Positions 49,295 to 60,296 of a stretch of 64,000 nucleotides of DNA are shown in pieces. Numbering within the stretch: the stretch's first letter is position 1; every line of letters starts with the position of its first letter. The stretch is from Euryarchaeota archaeon UBA171. GTDB taxonomy: Archaea > Thermoplasmatota > Poseidoniia > Poseidoniales > Thalassarchaeaceae. The stretch covers positions 4,978-68,977 of the forward strand of contig DANO01000029.1 in the NCBI GenBank assembly GCA_002497295.1. The letters run 5' to 3'. The notes beneath the pieces are model-generated. The model saw only the letters and a program-made list of their open reading frames with translations. It was not told the origin of the DNA and searched no databases. The position numbers were made by a program, and so were the translations under genes.

Positions 49295-50289
49295 GCCACG
49301 CCTACCATCATAGAATCAACTAGCTGATCTATGTCGAATCTTGATTCCCAGCCCCAATCATTCCTAGCAGGAGCATCGTCTACATCTTCTGGCCAAGTGT
49401 CAGCTATTTGCTGACGTTCGTCCGGAATGAATCGCATTACCGCGTTCGGCCTCCTGCGACGTATGCAGTGTGCTAATTCCATGGCTGAGAAGCTTACGCC
49501 TCTGACATTGTACCCGGGCCTCCATCTAGAGAGTTTCTCAGATGGGGCGCTCATGAGTTCCATGGTGGCTCTAATTGCATCCTGCATCATCATCATTGGA
49601 AGTTTGGTATCTCCGCGGACAAAGAAATCGTACTTTTCATTTTCATGAATTCCATAGAATACCTGAACTGCATAATCTGTAGTTCCGCCAGTCGGAGGAG
49701 TTGTCCAAGACAGCAGTCCTGGATACCTCAAACCACGAGCATCTACGCCATAGTTTTGGAAATACTTCAGCATCATTTCCTCTCCTTCTTTCTTAGTTCG
49801 ACCGTATACGGTGGTCGGCGACAGAGGGGAATGTTGCATCGCAATAGGTCTTGAATCAGGTCCGAATACTGCTATTGAAGAGGGTGCAAAAACTCTGCAT
49901 CCATGATTTCGAGCTGCATCGAGAATGTTTTGAAGGCCCCCCAGGTTTACTCTCTCGCACAGGTCAGGATCTTTCTCCCCATGCGCGGAAAGAACTGCTG
50001 CAAGATGATAGATGGTATCGATGGAGTGCTCGGAAATCGCTCTTGAAATCGCATCATAATCAAGTACATCTAACAACTGAAAGGGTCCTCCTTGGCTTCC
50101 TTCATCGCGAATATCGGTGGTTAATACAGAGCCTTTCCCGTACATTGCTTGGAGAGTAGTAGTAAGATCAGAGCCTATCTGTCCGAGGGCCCCGGTGACT
50201 AGAATTTGGCTCCCGAGCACGCCGACCATGACGTGTAAATAATCAGGCGATACTTGAACATCGATCATACAAGGTAGTAGCATTGCCAA
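49273..50289 (-). CDS. NAD-dependent epimerase/dehydratase family protein (L-threonine 3-dehydrogenase-like)
   Basis: [14 protein letters not shown] Rossmann motif and YGRTK catalytic YxxxK; the 3' end overlaps ths by 22 nt (convergent). Confidence 0.6.
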   Translation of the reverse strand: MAMLLPCMIDVQVSPDYLHVMVGVLGSQILVTGALGQIGSDLTTTLQAMYGKGSVLTTDIRDEGSQGGPFQLLDVLDYDAISRAISEHSIDTIYHLAAVLSAHGEKDPDLCERVNLGGLQNILDAARNHGCRVFAPSSIAVFGPDSRPIAMQHSPLSPTTVYGRTKKEGEEMMLKYFQNYGVDARGLRYPGLLSWTTPPTGGTTDYAVQVFYGIHENEKYDFFVRGDTKLPMMMMQDAIRATMELMSAPSEKLSRWRPGYNVRGVSFSAMELAHCIRRRRPNAVMRFIPDERQQIADTWPEDVDDAPARNDWGWESRFDIDQLVDSMMVGVAQSSSSS

Positions 50290-50332
50290 GGTTCATATGC
50301 GACGTAAAATGGCTCCATATCCCGTTGTTATC

Positions 50333-51997
50333 ATGAAATATGTGATTGTGACGGGCGGCGTTCTATCTGGTCTCGGCAAGGGAATCACGGCGAGTAGCAT
50401 AGGAGTCCTGATGAAATCGGTCGGGATGAAAGTCACTTCGATAAAGATCGATCCATACCTAAACAGCGATGCTGGTACGATGTCGCCGTTCGAGCACGGT
50501 GAAGTATTCGTATTGGATGATGGCGGGGAGGCAGATCTCGATCTTGGCAATTATGAGCGATTTCTTGATGTCTCTCTGACCCGCGACCACAACTTAACCA
50601 CGGGCAAAGTGTACTCGGCGGTCATCGAACGGGAGCGTAGAGGGGACTATCTTGGAAAGACTGTTCAAGTCATACCCCACATAACCAACGAAATACAAGA
50701 TTGGATCGAGCGTGTAAGCATACTTCCGACAAATGATTCGGGCGATGCTCCAGATGCATGCGTGATTGAACTTGGAGGAACTGTGGGGGACATAGAGAGT
50801 TCTCCATTCGTAGAGGCTCTGAGACAATTTCAATTCAGAGTGGGGCGTGAGAATGTTTGTTTCGTCCATGTTAGCTTGGTTCCCGTGATGGGGCCTGTGG
50901 GGGAACAGAAAACAAAACCTACTCAACACACTGTGAAGGAGTTGCGAGGACTGGGTATAACCCCCGATCTTATTGTATGCAGATCCAAAGATCCTCTGCA
51001 TGACGAAGTAAAGGAGAAGTTGGCTGCTTTCTGCCATGTGGAGCCGAGAGCGGTAATTTCCGCGCACGACGTATCAAATCTGTATCAGATACCGATTTCA
51101 TTTGAGAGGCAGGGCGTCAGGTCGATGATTGCAGAATGCATCGGAGTAGAAGAATCGGATCATGACGAATATCTGGAACAATGGCGTGAGATGGCGGACA
51201 GAGTGGACAGTCTGAATGAGGAAGTTAAAATTGCCATGGTTGGCAAGTATACCGGTCTTTCAGACTCCTATCTCAGCGTCATAAAGGCGCTCCAGCATTC
51301 TGCTATCGCCGTAAATCGTAAACTCACAATCGACTGGATAGAGTCGACTGACCTAGATTCATCTATGCTCAACTCGGATGAGGATTCCTACAATGCTGCA
51401 TGGGAGAAGCTCAAGTTAGCTGACGGCATACTTGTTCCCGGCGGATTCGGCAACCGCGGCGTCGAGGGCAAGGTTGAGGCAGCCAGATATGCACGTGAAA
51501 ATAATGTTCCATACCTCGGAATATGTCTTGGGCTGCAGATTGCTACCATTGAATTCTGTAGGAATGTTCTGAATTTGGAGGGTGCGAATTCAGAAGAGTT
51601 TGTTGAAGATTCCGGGAGTCTCGAATATCCTGCAGTCGTATTCATGCCAGAAATATCCAAGACGCATATGGGCGGAACAATGAGGTTGGGTGCCAAGATT
51701 ACGCCATTTGTAGTGGATGACTGCAAGATTAAGCGGCTTTACGGGGGATTGGATGCGGTGAGCGAAAGACACAGGCACCGATATGAAGTAAATCCGGATC
51801 TGATAGACCGTATAGAAGAAGCGGGGTTGGTCTATGTCGGCAAGGATGACACGGGACAGAGATGTGAGATCATGGAATTGATGGGTCACCCGTATTTCGT
51901 TGGTACCCAATATCATCCAGAGTTCAAATCTCGTCCAGGACGTCCCAGTCCTCCATTCCTAGGTTTATTGAAAGCAGCATCTGGACAGCTCGAATAA
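50333..51997 (+). CDS. pyrG: CTP synthase
   Basis: [20 protein letters not shown]-terminus and C-terminal glutaminase GICLGLQ motif. Confidence 0.9.
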   Translation: MKYVIVTGGVLSGLGKGITASSIGVLMKSVGMKVTSIKIDPYLNSDAGTMSPFEHGEVFVLDDGGEADLDLGNYERFLDVSLTRDHNLTTGKVYSAVIERERRGDYLGKTVQVIPHITNEIQDWIERVSILPTNDSGDAPDACVIELGGTVGDIESSPFVEALRQFQFRVGRENVCFVHVSLVPVMGPVGEQKTKPTQHTVKELRGLGITPDLIVCRSKDPLHDEVKEKLAAFCHVEPRAVISAHDVSNLYQIPISFERQGVRSMIAECIGVEESDHDEYLEQWREMADRVDSLNEEVKIAMVGKYTGLSDSYLSVIKALQHSAIAVNRKLTIDWIESTDLDSSMLNSDEDSYNAAWEKLKLADGILVPGGFGNRGVEGKVEAARYARENNVPYLGICLGLQIATIEFCRNVLNLEGANSEEFVEDSGSLEYPAVVFMPEISKTHMGGTMRLGAKITPFVVDDCKIKRLYGGLDAVSERHRHRYEVNPDLIDRIEEAGLVYVGKDDTGQRCEIMELMGHPYFVGTQYHPEFKSRPGRPSPPFLGLLKAASGQLE

Positions 51998-52062
51998 TTC
52001 TGAGATTGAGTTTCTAAGTGCTCTGAAACATGACTTATTATCGTCCATGGCTATGCTAGACA

Positions 52063-53580
52063 GTGTCAGTCACAGTTGTCTGGTTCAGACGGGATTTACG
52101 CTTGGGAGATAATCCTGCTCTAGCAATGGCAAAGAGTCTTGGTAAACCAATCATATGTTTGTTCAATATGGACTCTGCTCGTATTGGAAGGCCTGATGTA
52201 GACTCGATTCATATTCAATGGGAGCTTGATTGTTTACGAGTATTGAAGACTGATATCGAGGCGATTGGTGGAGTATTGTTATTCCATTTCGGAGATGTTG
52301 TTGACAAGTTGAGGGAAATTCATCAGGAGAATAGCATTAGCTCGATTTATGGGAATCAGGAAACGGGCTTACAATGGTCATGGGACCGCGACAAGTCTGT
52401 TTCCAGCTGGTGTGATAGGGAAGGAGTTCGATTCGTCGAATTCCCGACGAATGGCGTCATTCGAAAATTGGAATCGAGGGACACCTGGAAAAAAGAGCGT
52501 GATTCAAGAATGGAAAAATCAGCGATAATCCCGCCCACAGAAATCATTGCCCCCATTGGTATTGAATCTGACAGAATACCCGATATCTCGGACTTTGGGT
52601 TAGTCGAGCGGTCACTCATAGATCGGCCTGACCCAGGGGAAAGGTCTGCAACTGCCACATTACAATCATTCTTGGATGGACGTGGTCGTACTTATCGGAG
52701 AGATATGTCCAGCCCCATCTCTGCGCAGAGTGCTTGTTCACGGTTATCGCCATTCATCAGTGTGGGTTGTATAACCATTCGACAGATACTCCATCACACT
52801 AAGAAAAAAGTAGAAGACGTGAAAAGGGATCCGAGATCAAGGGAAAATCTTGGTTGGACAGGGAGTTTGAGTTCATTCCGGAGTCGCCTGGCATGGCACT
52901 GTCATTTCATACAGCGTCTGGAGGTTGAGTTGACGCTGGATAGTATCGCGATGAATCCTGAAATAGACTTGTATCTGAATCGTTCAATGGACGATTCGAG
53001 ATACCGGGCATGGTCGAAGGGGGAGACTGGCTGGCCATTCTTCGATGCATGCATGCGCTCACTAATCGCTACGGGATGGATAAATTTCAGAATGAGAGGT
53101 ATGCTTCAATCGGTCGCTTCATACACTCTTTGGTTACCTTGGCAATTGACGGGTTTGCACTTGGCGAGATCTTTCCTGGACTATGAGCCAGGGATACATT
53201 GGTCGCAAGTTCAAATGCAATCTGGAGTAACTGGAATTAATTCAATTAGAGCGTATTCTATTTCCAAGCAGTCTCGAGACCAGGACCCTAATGGAGATTT
53301 CATCAGACAATGGGTGGAGGAATTACGAGATGTTCCAACATCATTGATCCACGAGCCATGGCTCATGGATTTGGATCAACAGAAAGAGTATGGTTGCATA
53401 CTGGACGTGAATTATCCAAGACCCATTGTTGATGAGAAGGATTCACGTAAAGAGGGGATTAGTCGATCTTATTCAGCGAAATCGAAGCCCGGGGTTAAGC
53501 AAAAATCACGTTTGGTATACAAACTTCATGGCAGTAGAAAACGTCAACGAAGTATTGGGAATAGAAGTAGGAAAATTTGA
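52063..53580 (+). CDS. Cryptochrome/photolyase family protein (FAD-binding) with a basic C-terminal tail
   Basis: [17 protein letters not shown]-terminus and a photolyase FAD-binding domain (WREF-like region [18 protein letters not shown]). Confidence 0.85.
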   Translation: MSVTVVWFRRDLRLGDNPALAMAKSLGKPIICLFNMDSARIGRPDVDSIHIQWELDCLRVLKTDIEAIGGVLLFHFGDVVDKLREIHQENSISSIYGNQETGLQWSWDRDKSVSSWCDREGVRFVEFPTNGVIRKLESRDTWKKERDSRMEKSAIIPPTEIIAPIGIESDRIPDISDFGLVERSLIDRPDPGERSATATLQSFLDGRGRTYRRDMSSPISAQSACSRLSPFISVGCITIRQILHHTKKKVEDVKRDPRSRENLGWTGSLSSFRSRLAWHCHFIQRLEVELTLDSIAMNPEIDLYLNRSMDDSRYRAWSKGETGWPFFDACMRSLIATGWINFRMRGMLQSVASYTLWLPWQLTGLHLARSFLDYEPGIHWSQVQMQSGVTGINSIRAYSISKQSRDQDPNGDFIRQWVEELRDVPTSLIHEPWLMDLDQQKEYGCILDVNYPRPIVDEKDSRKEGISRSYSAKSKPGVKQKSRLVYKLHGSRKRQRSIGNRSRKI

Positions 53581-53584
53581 GGGA

Positions 53585-54724
53585 TCAATCGACGGAAACC
53601 GGAAGTATTCGGGTAGTCCTATATCCTTGTAATGCCTTGAGATACTTCATTTCTCTGAATATGTCGTCTAGTTCATCATCCCCTGTCTCAATTCTGAGTG
53701 ATCTGATGGTCAATAGCTTCGAAGGTGTGCATATGCCCAATACGGACGAGGGTTTTGCCTTCCTCAGAACTTCGGGGGATAGTTGCAAATTACCCCTCCC
53801 TATGAGGAATCCCTGACCACCCATGGGCGATAACAAAATTGTCACTTCGCCGCGATGTGCATCCAACAACTCAATCAAACCCCCCTCGCTGAGATCTGTT
53901 CCAACCTGATTATTGCCTAATGACGCGTCCATTCCAAGTAAGGTTGGGCTCAAACCTACGATTTCCCCTATTCTACGCAAAGTCCCTCCAGATCCCCATA
54001 TGACTAGTCTCTCAGGAGACATCAGAACGTCACGAACGTGCTCAGCGATTCCCTCGATAACCTCATCTTCCGAGGCTGATTCAACCATTTCTTTTGCTCC
54101 CTGCATCCATCTAGGACTTGAAGGGGTCATTGCCTCTGCGTATAAGCGAACGGACCACCCCCCATCTCGGTAGATTTCCTCATCGAGATCTAGAACCTCG
54201 GTTGAGGCGACTAGTAAGTCGCCGCCCATCCATGCCTCCACCACCTCCGCTGCAGCTTTGGGGGAGCTGGCAAAACATCCAGAGTACATCTTGACTCCAC
54301 AGGGTATTCCAACGATCGGGATTGTGGATGATTCATTCTCTTCTAGAGTTTGTATCAAGTCTCTTGTAGTTCCATCTCCGCCCGCATAGAGTATCAGATC
54401 AACCCCTTGATTAACGAGTATCTTTACCAACTCTATTGTATCTTCATGAGAAGTGGTGCCCCTGGATTCGTGTACAACAATCGTATTGATATCAGATTCT
54501 GAATCGAGCCACTCGGACCCCATCCTCCCTTCGGAGATTAGTACTGTTGCTGCGTACTTTGTAAGAGCGTTTTCCAAAAGTGTCATTGCGGATCTTGCTC
54601 GAGGACCTGCTCGATCTTCAGCACCTTCAGCCCTAGCTTTCAACGCCAAGCCGTCGGACCCCTTTAGACCAAGCCTACCGCCAAGACCTGCATCCGGGTT
54701 GACCACGAGCCCGATGCGGAACAT
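53585..54724 (-). CDS. ATP-NAD kinase / diacylglycerol-kinase-like family protein (COG3199-like)
   Basis: GLVVNPDAGLGG N-terminus and ILYAGGDGTTRD catalytic motif. Confidence 0.5.
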   Translation of the reverse strand: MFRIGLVVNPDAGLGGRLGLKGSDGLALKARAEGAEDRAGPRARSAMTLLENALTKYAATVLISEGRMGSEWLDSESDINTIVVHESRGTTSHEDTIELVKILVNQGVDLILYAGGDGTTRDLIQTLEENESSTIPIVGIPCGVKMYSGCFASSPKAAAEVVEAWMGGDLLVASTEVLDLDEEIYRDGGWSVRLYAEAMTPSSPRWMQGAKEMVESASEDEVIEGIAEHVRDVLMSPERLVIWGSGGTLRRIGEIVGLSPTLLGMDASLGNNQVGTDLSEGGLIELLDAHRGEVTILLSPMGGQGFLIGRGNLQLSPEVLRKAKPSSVLGICTPSKLLTIRSLRIETGDDELDDIFREMKYLKALQGYRTTRILPVSVD

Positions 54725-54893
54725 AGTCTTCGGAAAGGATGCGGTAACTTAGGGGTACGCCTGAAATTGGGATTCAAATCTCATTCCATTACTAATTCTA
54801 AAGTTATCATGATGCCCATATACAGCAGTACTATGCTCGTACCTTCCACGGTCTTCATAACCAAATGTCGATGGAGAGGCAAATGGGATTTCT

Positions 54894-56837
54894 ATGGCGA
54901 TGGTCAGCGTTGAGCTCTCTGATGGCACTATTCACGAATATGCCGGGGGCATCACCGCGGGTGAAGTGATCTTCAATGTCCATGGCAAGAAATCTGGGGC
55001 CGTAGCAGTTCTTATCGATGGAGAGGAAAGAGATTTCTCACACGTCATAGAATCTGACTGCACAATAAAACCGATATTGGGCGACAGTGATGAGGGGCTG
55101 TACATCCTCCGGCACTCTTGTGCGCATCTACTTGCCCAAGCTGTTGTGGAGCTCTTTCCAGAAGCAAAACCGACGATTGGTCCGCCTATTGATCATGGAT
55201 TCTATTACGACTTCCACATGGATCCGATAGGGGATGATGATCTCAGAAACATAGAGAAGAAGATGCAACAGCATATCAGATCAAATCACAAAATCATACG
55301 AGAGGAATATGATAACTCGACATTGCGAGAGATGTTCGGATCTAACAAATTCAAAATTGAAATCATGGATGACAAGGTCGGGCATGATGTCGGATCTTCT
55401 GCATACCGTCAGGGTGATTTCTTTGATTTGTGTCGTGGCCCGCATGTCCCGTCGACCTCTCACTTGAGGTGGTTCAAGCTTACAAGCACCAGTCAGGCTT
55501 ACTGGAGGGCCGATAGTTCGCGTGAGTCGTTGGTAAGGATATACGGGATGTGCTATTCCTCGAAAGAGGGCCTCAAAGAAAGGCAGCGTCAGATAGAAGA
55601 AGCGGGTAAAAGAGATCATAAAAAAATCGGCAAAGAAATGGAACTCTACATGATTGATGAGTTGATTGGGAAGGGGCTCCCTGTTTGGCTTCCCAACGGT
55701 GAGACTCTGAAATCTCAAATTGAAAAGTTTGCAGTTGAAACTGAAGATAACTATGGTTACGTACGTGTAACTACCCCTGTACTTGGAAAGAAGCAGCTCT
55801 TCGAAGCGAGTGGACATCTCCCGCACTATGCTGATGGTATGTACCCACCCATGGAGATGGACGATGGCACGTATTATCTCAAGGCGATGAACTGTCCAAT
55901 GCATCATCTAGTTTACAAGAACAAGAAGCGATCGTACAGAGATCTACCGCTCAGAGTGGCCGAGTATGGGACAGTCTATCGAAATGAGTTATCTGGTACG
56001 CTAGCTGGTCTTTTGAGAGTGCGTATGCTCTCGATGAACGATGCACACATCTATTGTACGCTTGATCAGGTCGCTGAAGAGGTTGCATCAAATGTACGCA
56101 TGGTCCAGGACTACTATTCCGCATTTGGATTTGAGGACTATTCATTCAGGCTATCCTTGTGGGATCCTGCGAAGACCTCGAAATATATTGACCAACCAGA
56201 AAACTGGGCATTGACCCAAGACAGACTGCGTTCAATAATGAATGATCTCGGCGTGGACTACGTTGAAGCGGTCGGTGAAGCGGCATTCTATGGGCCTAAG
56301 GTGGATATTCAGTTCAGAACTGCTCTTGGTAGAGAGGAATCCATGTCTACTATACAACTCGACTTTGCAGCAAAGGAGAGGTTTGGATTATCGTATATGG
56401 ATGAAACAGGTTCTGAAAATGGTGAGGTTCTGGTGTTACACAGAGCGCCTCTGTCGACGCATGAGCGATTTGTAGCCTTCCTTACAGAGCATTGGATGGG
56501 GAATTTCCCAACTTGGCTTTCACCCACCCAGGTTCAGATAATTACTATCTCTGAACGTCATGCTGAGCACGCTGCAAAGGTGGCACTCAATCTGAGAGAG
56601 CAGGGTATCCGGGTCTCCCTAGACGACTCAGACAGCACGATAGGTAGGAAAATTAGGACTCATAGAAAAATGCGGCCAGCCTACATGCTAATTATCGGAG
56701 AAGATGAGGTAGAAAATGGGACTGTTTCAATCAGGGCTCGAAATGGAGATCAACGCAATGGTGTGCTGCTTAAAGATTTCATCGAGGGTATTGTTGAAGA
56801 AATCAAGAGCAGGTCGCCATCTATGAGTATGGTTTAA
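54894..56837 (+). CDS. thrS: Threonyl-tRNA synthetase
   Basis: N-terminal TGS-like domain, class II aaRS core (FRTALGREESMSTIQLDF) and C-terminal anticodon-binding domain. Confidence 0.9.
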   Translation: MAMVSVELSDGTIHEYAGGITAGEVIFNVHGKKSGAVAVLIDGEERDFSHVIESDCTIKPILGDSDEGLYILRHSCAHLLAQAVVELFPEAKPTIGPPIDHGFYYDFHMDPIGDDDLRNIEKKMQQHIRSNHKIIREEYDNSTLREMFGSNKFKIEIMDDKVGHDVGSSAYRQGDFFDLCRGPHVPSTSHLRWFKLTSTSQAYWRADSSRESLVRIYGMCYSSKEGLKERQRQIEEAGKRDHKKIGKEMELYMIDELIGKGLPVWLPNGETLKSQIEKFAVETEDNYGYVRVTTPVLGKKQLFEASGHLPHYADGMYPPMEMDDGTYYLKAMNCPMHHLVYKNKKRSYRDLPLRVAEYGTVYRNELSGTLAGLLRVRMLSMNDAHIYCTLDQVAEEVASNVRMVQDYYSAFGFEDYSFRLSLWDPAKTSKYIDQPENWALTQDRLRSIMNDLGVDYVEAVGEAAFYGPKVDIQFRTALGREESMSTIQLDFAAKERFGLSYMDETGSENGEVLVLHRAPLSTHERFVAFLTEHWMGNFPTWLSPTQVQIITISERHAEHAAKVALNLREQGIRVSLDDSDSTIGRKIRTHRKMRPAYMLIIGEDEVENGTVSIRARNGDQRNGVLLKDFIEGIVEEIKSRSPSMSMV

Positions 56838-56896
56838 ATTCTAATTTTGACATTAAATTTAAGTCCATGGCATCGTGATTTTTGCTCATTATCTAG

Positions 56897-57928
56897 ATGT
56901 TGGGTCAGTCTGGAACCCGTTCTGTTGAAATCGATGAGGCTTTTCGAAGGCTGATGATCATCTCGAAGACGCCGGTTCGAGTCTCATTCTGCGGAGGAGG
57001 TACAGATCTGGATGGATTCTCCAAAAAGGAGCATCTTGGAGGCCTTGTTGTATCAACAGCGATATCTCGATACATACATGTCACGGTGAACGAACGTTTC
57101 GATGACCGTATCAGACTGTCATATTCGAGGATGGAGACGGTGGATAGCGTAGATGATGTACAGCACGATCTCGTCAGAGAGGCTATGAGAGTCACTGGTG
57201 TTACGAGTGGTGTCGAGATAACAACAATCGCAGACATACCCTCTAGAGGTACTGGTCTTGGATCTTCATCAGTCGTAACCGTAGGGGTACTCAATGCTCT
57301 CCACCATCTGGCTGGCAGAACCGTAGGGCCTCGACAACTTGCAGAAGAGGCCTGCAAAATAGAGATTGACATCCTCGGTGAACCGATAGGAAGACAAGAT
57401 CAATATGCTGCTGCGTTTGGGGGTTTGAATAGGATATCATTCGGCGATATGGGTGTGGAAGTTGTACCCATAACCACCGATCCAGGGGTACTAAGACGGA
57501 TGGAGAAGGAGTTTTGCCTGGTCTATACAGGTTCAACACGAAGCGCATCGGCTGTACTCGGTGAAGAGAGTGATGATTCCGAAGATAAATTGAGGCGGCT
57601 TAGGGCGATAAGAGGGCAGGCTGAAGAGGCTGAGGAACTAATCCATTCTGGTGATTTAGATGCTCTTGGTCGTCTTCTCCATAATACGTGGGAGATCAAA
57701 AAAGGTCTATCTCCAAGTGTGACAAACGATGGTCTTGACTCATTATACTCCAGGCTGATTGATTTGGGGGTGACCGGGGGGAAGCTTCTCGGTGCGGGCG
57801 GGGGTGGTTTCTTTCTCGTCCATGGTGATGATTCAATCGCATCCAGACTGATGAGTTCGCTTCCTGAAATAAACAGGGTTCTTCCATTGGTAATTGAAGA
57901 TAATGGGTCAGAAATCATCCAGTCCTAA
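56897..57928 (+). CDS. GHMP-family sugar kinase, HddA-like (D-glycero-D-manno-heptose 7-phosphate kinase type)
   Basis: KTPVRVSFCGGGTDL N-terminal motif and PSRGTGLGSSS GHMP ATP-binding loop. Confidence 0.55.
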   Translation: MLGQSGTRSVEIDEAFRRLMIISKTPVRVSFCGGGTDLDGFSKKEHLGGLVVSTAISRYIHVTVNERFDDRIRLSYSRMETVDSVDDVQHDLVREAMRVTGVTSGVEITTIADIPSRGTGLGSSSVVTVGVLNALHHLAGRTVGPRQLAEEACKIEIDILGEPIGRQDQYAAAFGGLNRISFGDMGVEVVPITTDPGVLRRMEKEFCLVYTGSTRSASAVLGEESDDSEDKLRRLRAIRGQAEEAEELIHSGDLDALGRLLHNTWEIKKGLSPSVTNDGLDSLYSRLIDLGVTGGKLLGAGGGGFFLVHGDDSIASRLMSSLPEINRVLPLVIEDNGSEIIQS

Positions 57929-58538
57929 CATGGCCTGATGATTTTACTGCCTCTTTTATCACATGGTTCACAATGAGTTGCAGGTCTTCTATTCTCTCCA
58001 TCGAATTCGAGGGCACGACAAGGCAGACATCGACTATGGCAGGCAACTTTCCGCCGCCGCCGCCAAGGTAGTCTCCAGTGATGGCTGCGGTTCTGCAAGA
58101 TCTGTCTCTCGCAAATTCTAACGCTCGGACAACGTTTTCACTAGTGCCTGAGCCACTGAATCCCATGACGAGGTCCCCCTCTCTCAGGAATGTGGTGAGT
58201 TGGCCCACAAATACATCCTCGTACGAGACGTCATTTGCAAATGCTGTCAATGAGGCGGCGTTGTCCACATGCGAGATAGTTCTAACGCGCAACTCCTTGG
58301 ACCAGTCGCCAGCGCTGTGAGATGGGGTAGCAGCACTACCCCCATTGCCTACGAAGTGAATAGTTGCGTCTCTGCCGATTGCAGCGACTACCTCATGATA
58401 TAGAGATTCCAAATCATCCCGGGACAAGTCCTCAAGGGTACGTTGTAGATCCTTGAGGTATCCTCCTGCGAAGTCTTGGAAGTCGAAGTCCACGGAAGGT
58501 TGGTGTGAGCGTACCTTCTTGAGTGCATCTATTCCCAT
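57915..58538 (-). CDS. gmhA: SIS-domain phosphoheptose isomerase (GmhA-like)
   Basis: IHFVGNGGSAATPSH and GFSGSGTSENV motifs; the 3' end overlaps the GHMP kinase gene by 14 nt (convergent). Confidence 0.7.
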   Translation of the reverse strand: MGIDALKKVRSHQPSVDFDFQDFAGGYLKDLQRTLEDLSRDDLESLYHEVVAAIGRDATIHFVGNGGSAATPSHSAGDWSKELRVRTISHVDNAASLTAFANDVSYEDVFVGQLTTFLREGDLVMGFSGSGTSENVVRALEFARDRSCRTAAITGDYLGGGGGKLPAIVDVCLVVPSNSMERIEDLQLIVNHVIKEAVKSSGHVRTG

Positions 58539-60251
58539 TCAGACGAGTCTTCTGAGAGATTCCATGGCCTCATCTGCAGATCCCATGCTATTTCTAGAGG
58601 CTTGAAACGAATCCTTCTCGAAATTCTCTCTTGCTAAGGTCATATGCTTCTCTGCGAGCCTTCTCGTAGAATCATCGGGCCCAACTCCAGAGGATTCGAG
58701 TTTCTTCCTCAGTAACTTCCATTCGCCCTCCAAGAAGTCAAGAAGTTCTCCGGTATCCCTTCGAGTGGCATCAACAGAATCCAGATCATTGATAATTGAC
58801 TTGAGTTCTTCATCCGCCTGTATCCATTGTCCTTCTTTTGAAAGTAAAATGGCGCTTCCTAGTCGCTTCTCGAATATTGTCTTCTCCGCGAGGGGGAATC
58901 TGCTCTGTATCATCCCCTTCTGACGTACTGACTGCTTGAATGATCGTCTCGAATCGCTTCGGTTATGCAATCTTCTGGCGATTGATTCTAAACCTCCCAT
59001 CGCAAGAGATAGTTCCCCATCTTCGATTGATTTGTCTATTGATGAGAGTTGTGATTCAACTTCTTCGGATATATCTGGATGTTCTGATACAAGGAGTGAG
59101 CTGACCTCGGATCTTCTTGCTCTCACTCTGTCTAATGCTTCGCTAAGAGACTGAAGTTGACCTGGAAGAGCCTCGAGGAAATGAAGGGCCTCGTCTGGCC
59201 TCTGTCTTTCCATTGCCTTTCGAGCTGATTCGACCATTCCAGCAATTGTATCTGATTCAATTATATTCTGCTTCTCGAGTTTTTTCTCGGCTTCTGATAA
59301 TGCCTCTCTTGCCGGTTCCCAAAATAGACATATTCGATTTGCTACTTTCTTGGCCTCTCTGTATATTGTCTCAGCCTCGCGAGGAGAGCCGAGAGCGCGT
59401 TCGCTGTCTGCTTTCTCCACCAGAGAGATTGAATCAGTAGCTTCTGGAGCAATTGACTCTGCCTGATTGACTAGCAGCATTACTGATTCGCGTATCTCAG
59501 ACAGGTCTAGGTCTATGGAAAGGGCTAATTCAATCTCATGTTCCACTGATTTCAACCTAGAATGGCCTCGGCTTGTATTTGACCAGCCTTCCTCTCGAGC
59601 CAACTTCAATAGCGAGGAAGCATGATCAAGTCGAATTCCGGCCTCATTGATTTCCAAGATTCTAATCTCTACGGAGTCTATTCTGTTAAACAAATCACGT
59701 CTGCCTTGGAGTGATGGGTCAGGGCGAAGTGTGTCGAACATCAGAAGCGCTGCTATTACTAAAGTGGAAATAGCTGCAATCATGATCTCTGACGCTTGAG
59801 AAATCATTATTGCAACCGCTGTTGCCAGTCCTATCATACCGAGCAGCGCTCTGAATCTTCGGGCAATTGAAGAAGAAGAGAATGCACTTCGACTATACTC
59901 GTGCAACACGATAGCAAGAAGGATCAAGATCGCCGCAGATGCGAGACTCCTGATATCTGGTTCTGAACTGGCAGCAAGGCCTATCAGAATAGGCCATGAA
60001 ATCGAAGATATCGAGGCAAGTCGTGTTCGCTTTCGACCATCATATGATGAAAGATCGGAGATAATGAATGCCATCGAGAAGATGACTGCTATCTCAATCA
60101 GATGGAATCCGATTGGTTCTTCTGATTTGAGAGACTGACTTAGGCGGAACGCACCGATTGCAACAATTACGAGAGATGTGAATCCGATTAATCGGCCTAC
60201 ATTCCTTCTCTGACGAGCCACGCCTCTATCGGCATAATCCAGAGGGAGCAT
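58539..60251 (-). CDS. Hypothetical membrane protein: N-terminal ~6 TM helices plus a long C-terminal coiled-coil domain
   Basis: Hydrophobic N-terminal 200 aa; the remainder is heptad-like and charged (EALHFLEALPGQLQSLSEALDRVRARRSEV ...). Confidence 0.4.
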   Translation of the reverse strand: MLPLDYADRGVARQRRNVGRLIGFTSLVIVAIGAFRLSQSLKSEEPIGFHLIEIAVIFSMAFIISDLSSYDGRKRTRLASISSISWPILIGLAASSEPDIRSLASAAILILLAIVLHEYSRSAFSSSSIARRFRALLGMIGLATAVAIMISQASEIMIAAISTLVIAALLMFDTLRPDPSLQGRRDLFNRIDSVEIRILEINEAGIRLDHASSLLKLAREEGWSNTSRGHSRLKSVEHEIELALSIDLDLSEIRESVMLLVNQAESIAPEATDSISLVEKADSERALGSPREAETIYREAKKVANRICLFWEPAREALSEAEKKLEKQNIIESDTIAGMVESARKAMERQRPDEALHFLEALPGQLQSLSEALDRVRARRSEVSSLLVSEHPDISEEVESQLSSIDKSIEDGELSLAMGGLESIARRLHNRSDSRRSFKQSVRQKGMIQSRFPLAEKTIFEKRLGSAILLSKEGQWIQADEELKSIINDLDSVDATRRDTGELLDFLEGEWKLLRKKLESSGVGPDDSTRRLAEKHMTLARENFEKDSFQASRNSMGSADEAMESLRRLV

Positions 60252-60296
60252 GATGGCCCCTAAGCCTCCATGGACAAGAGTTGAACGGTTAGATGA

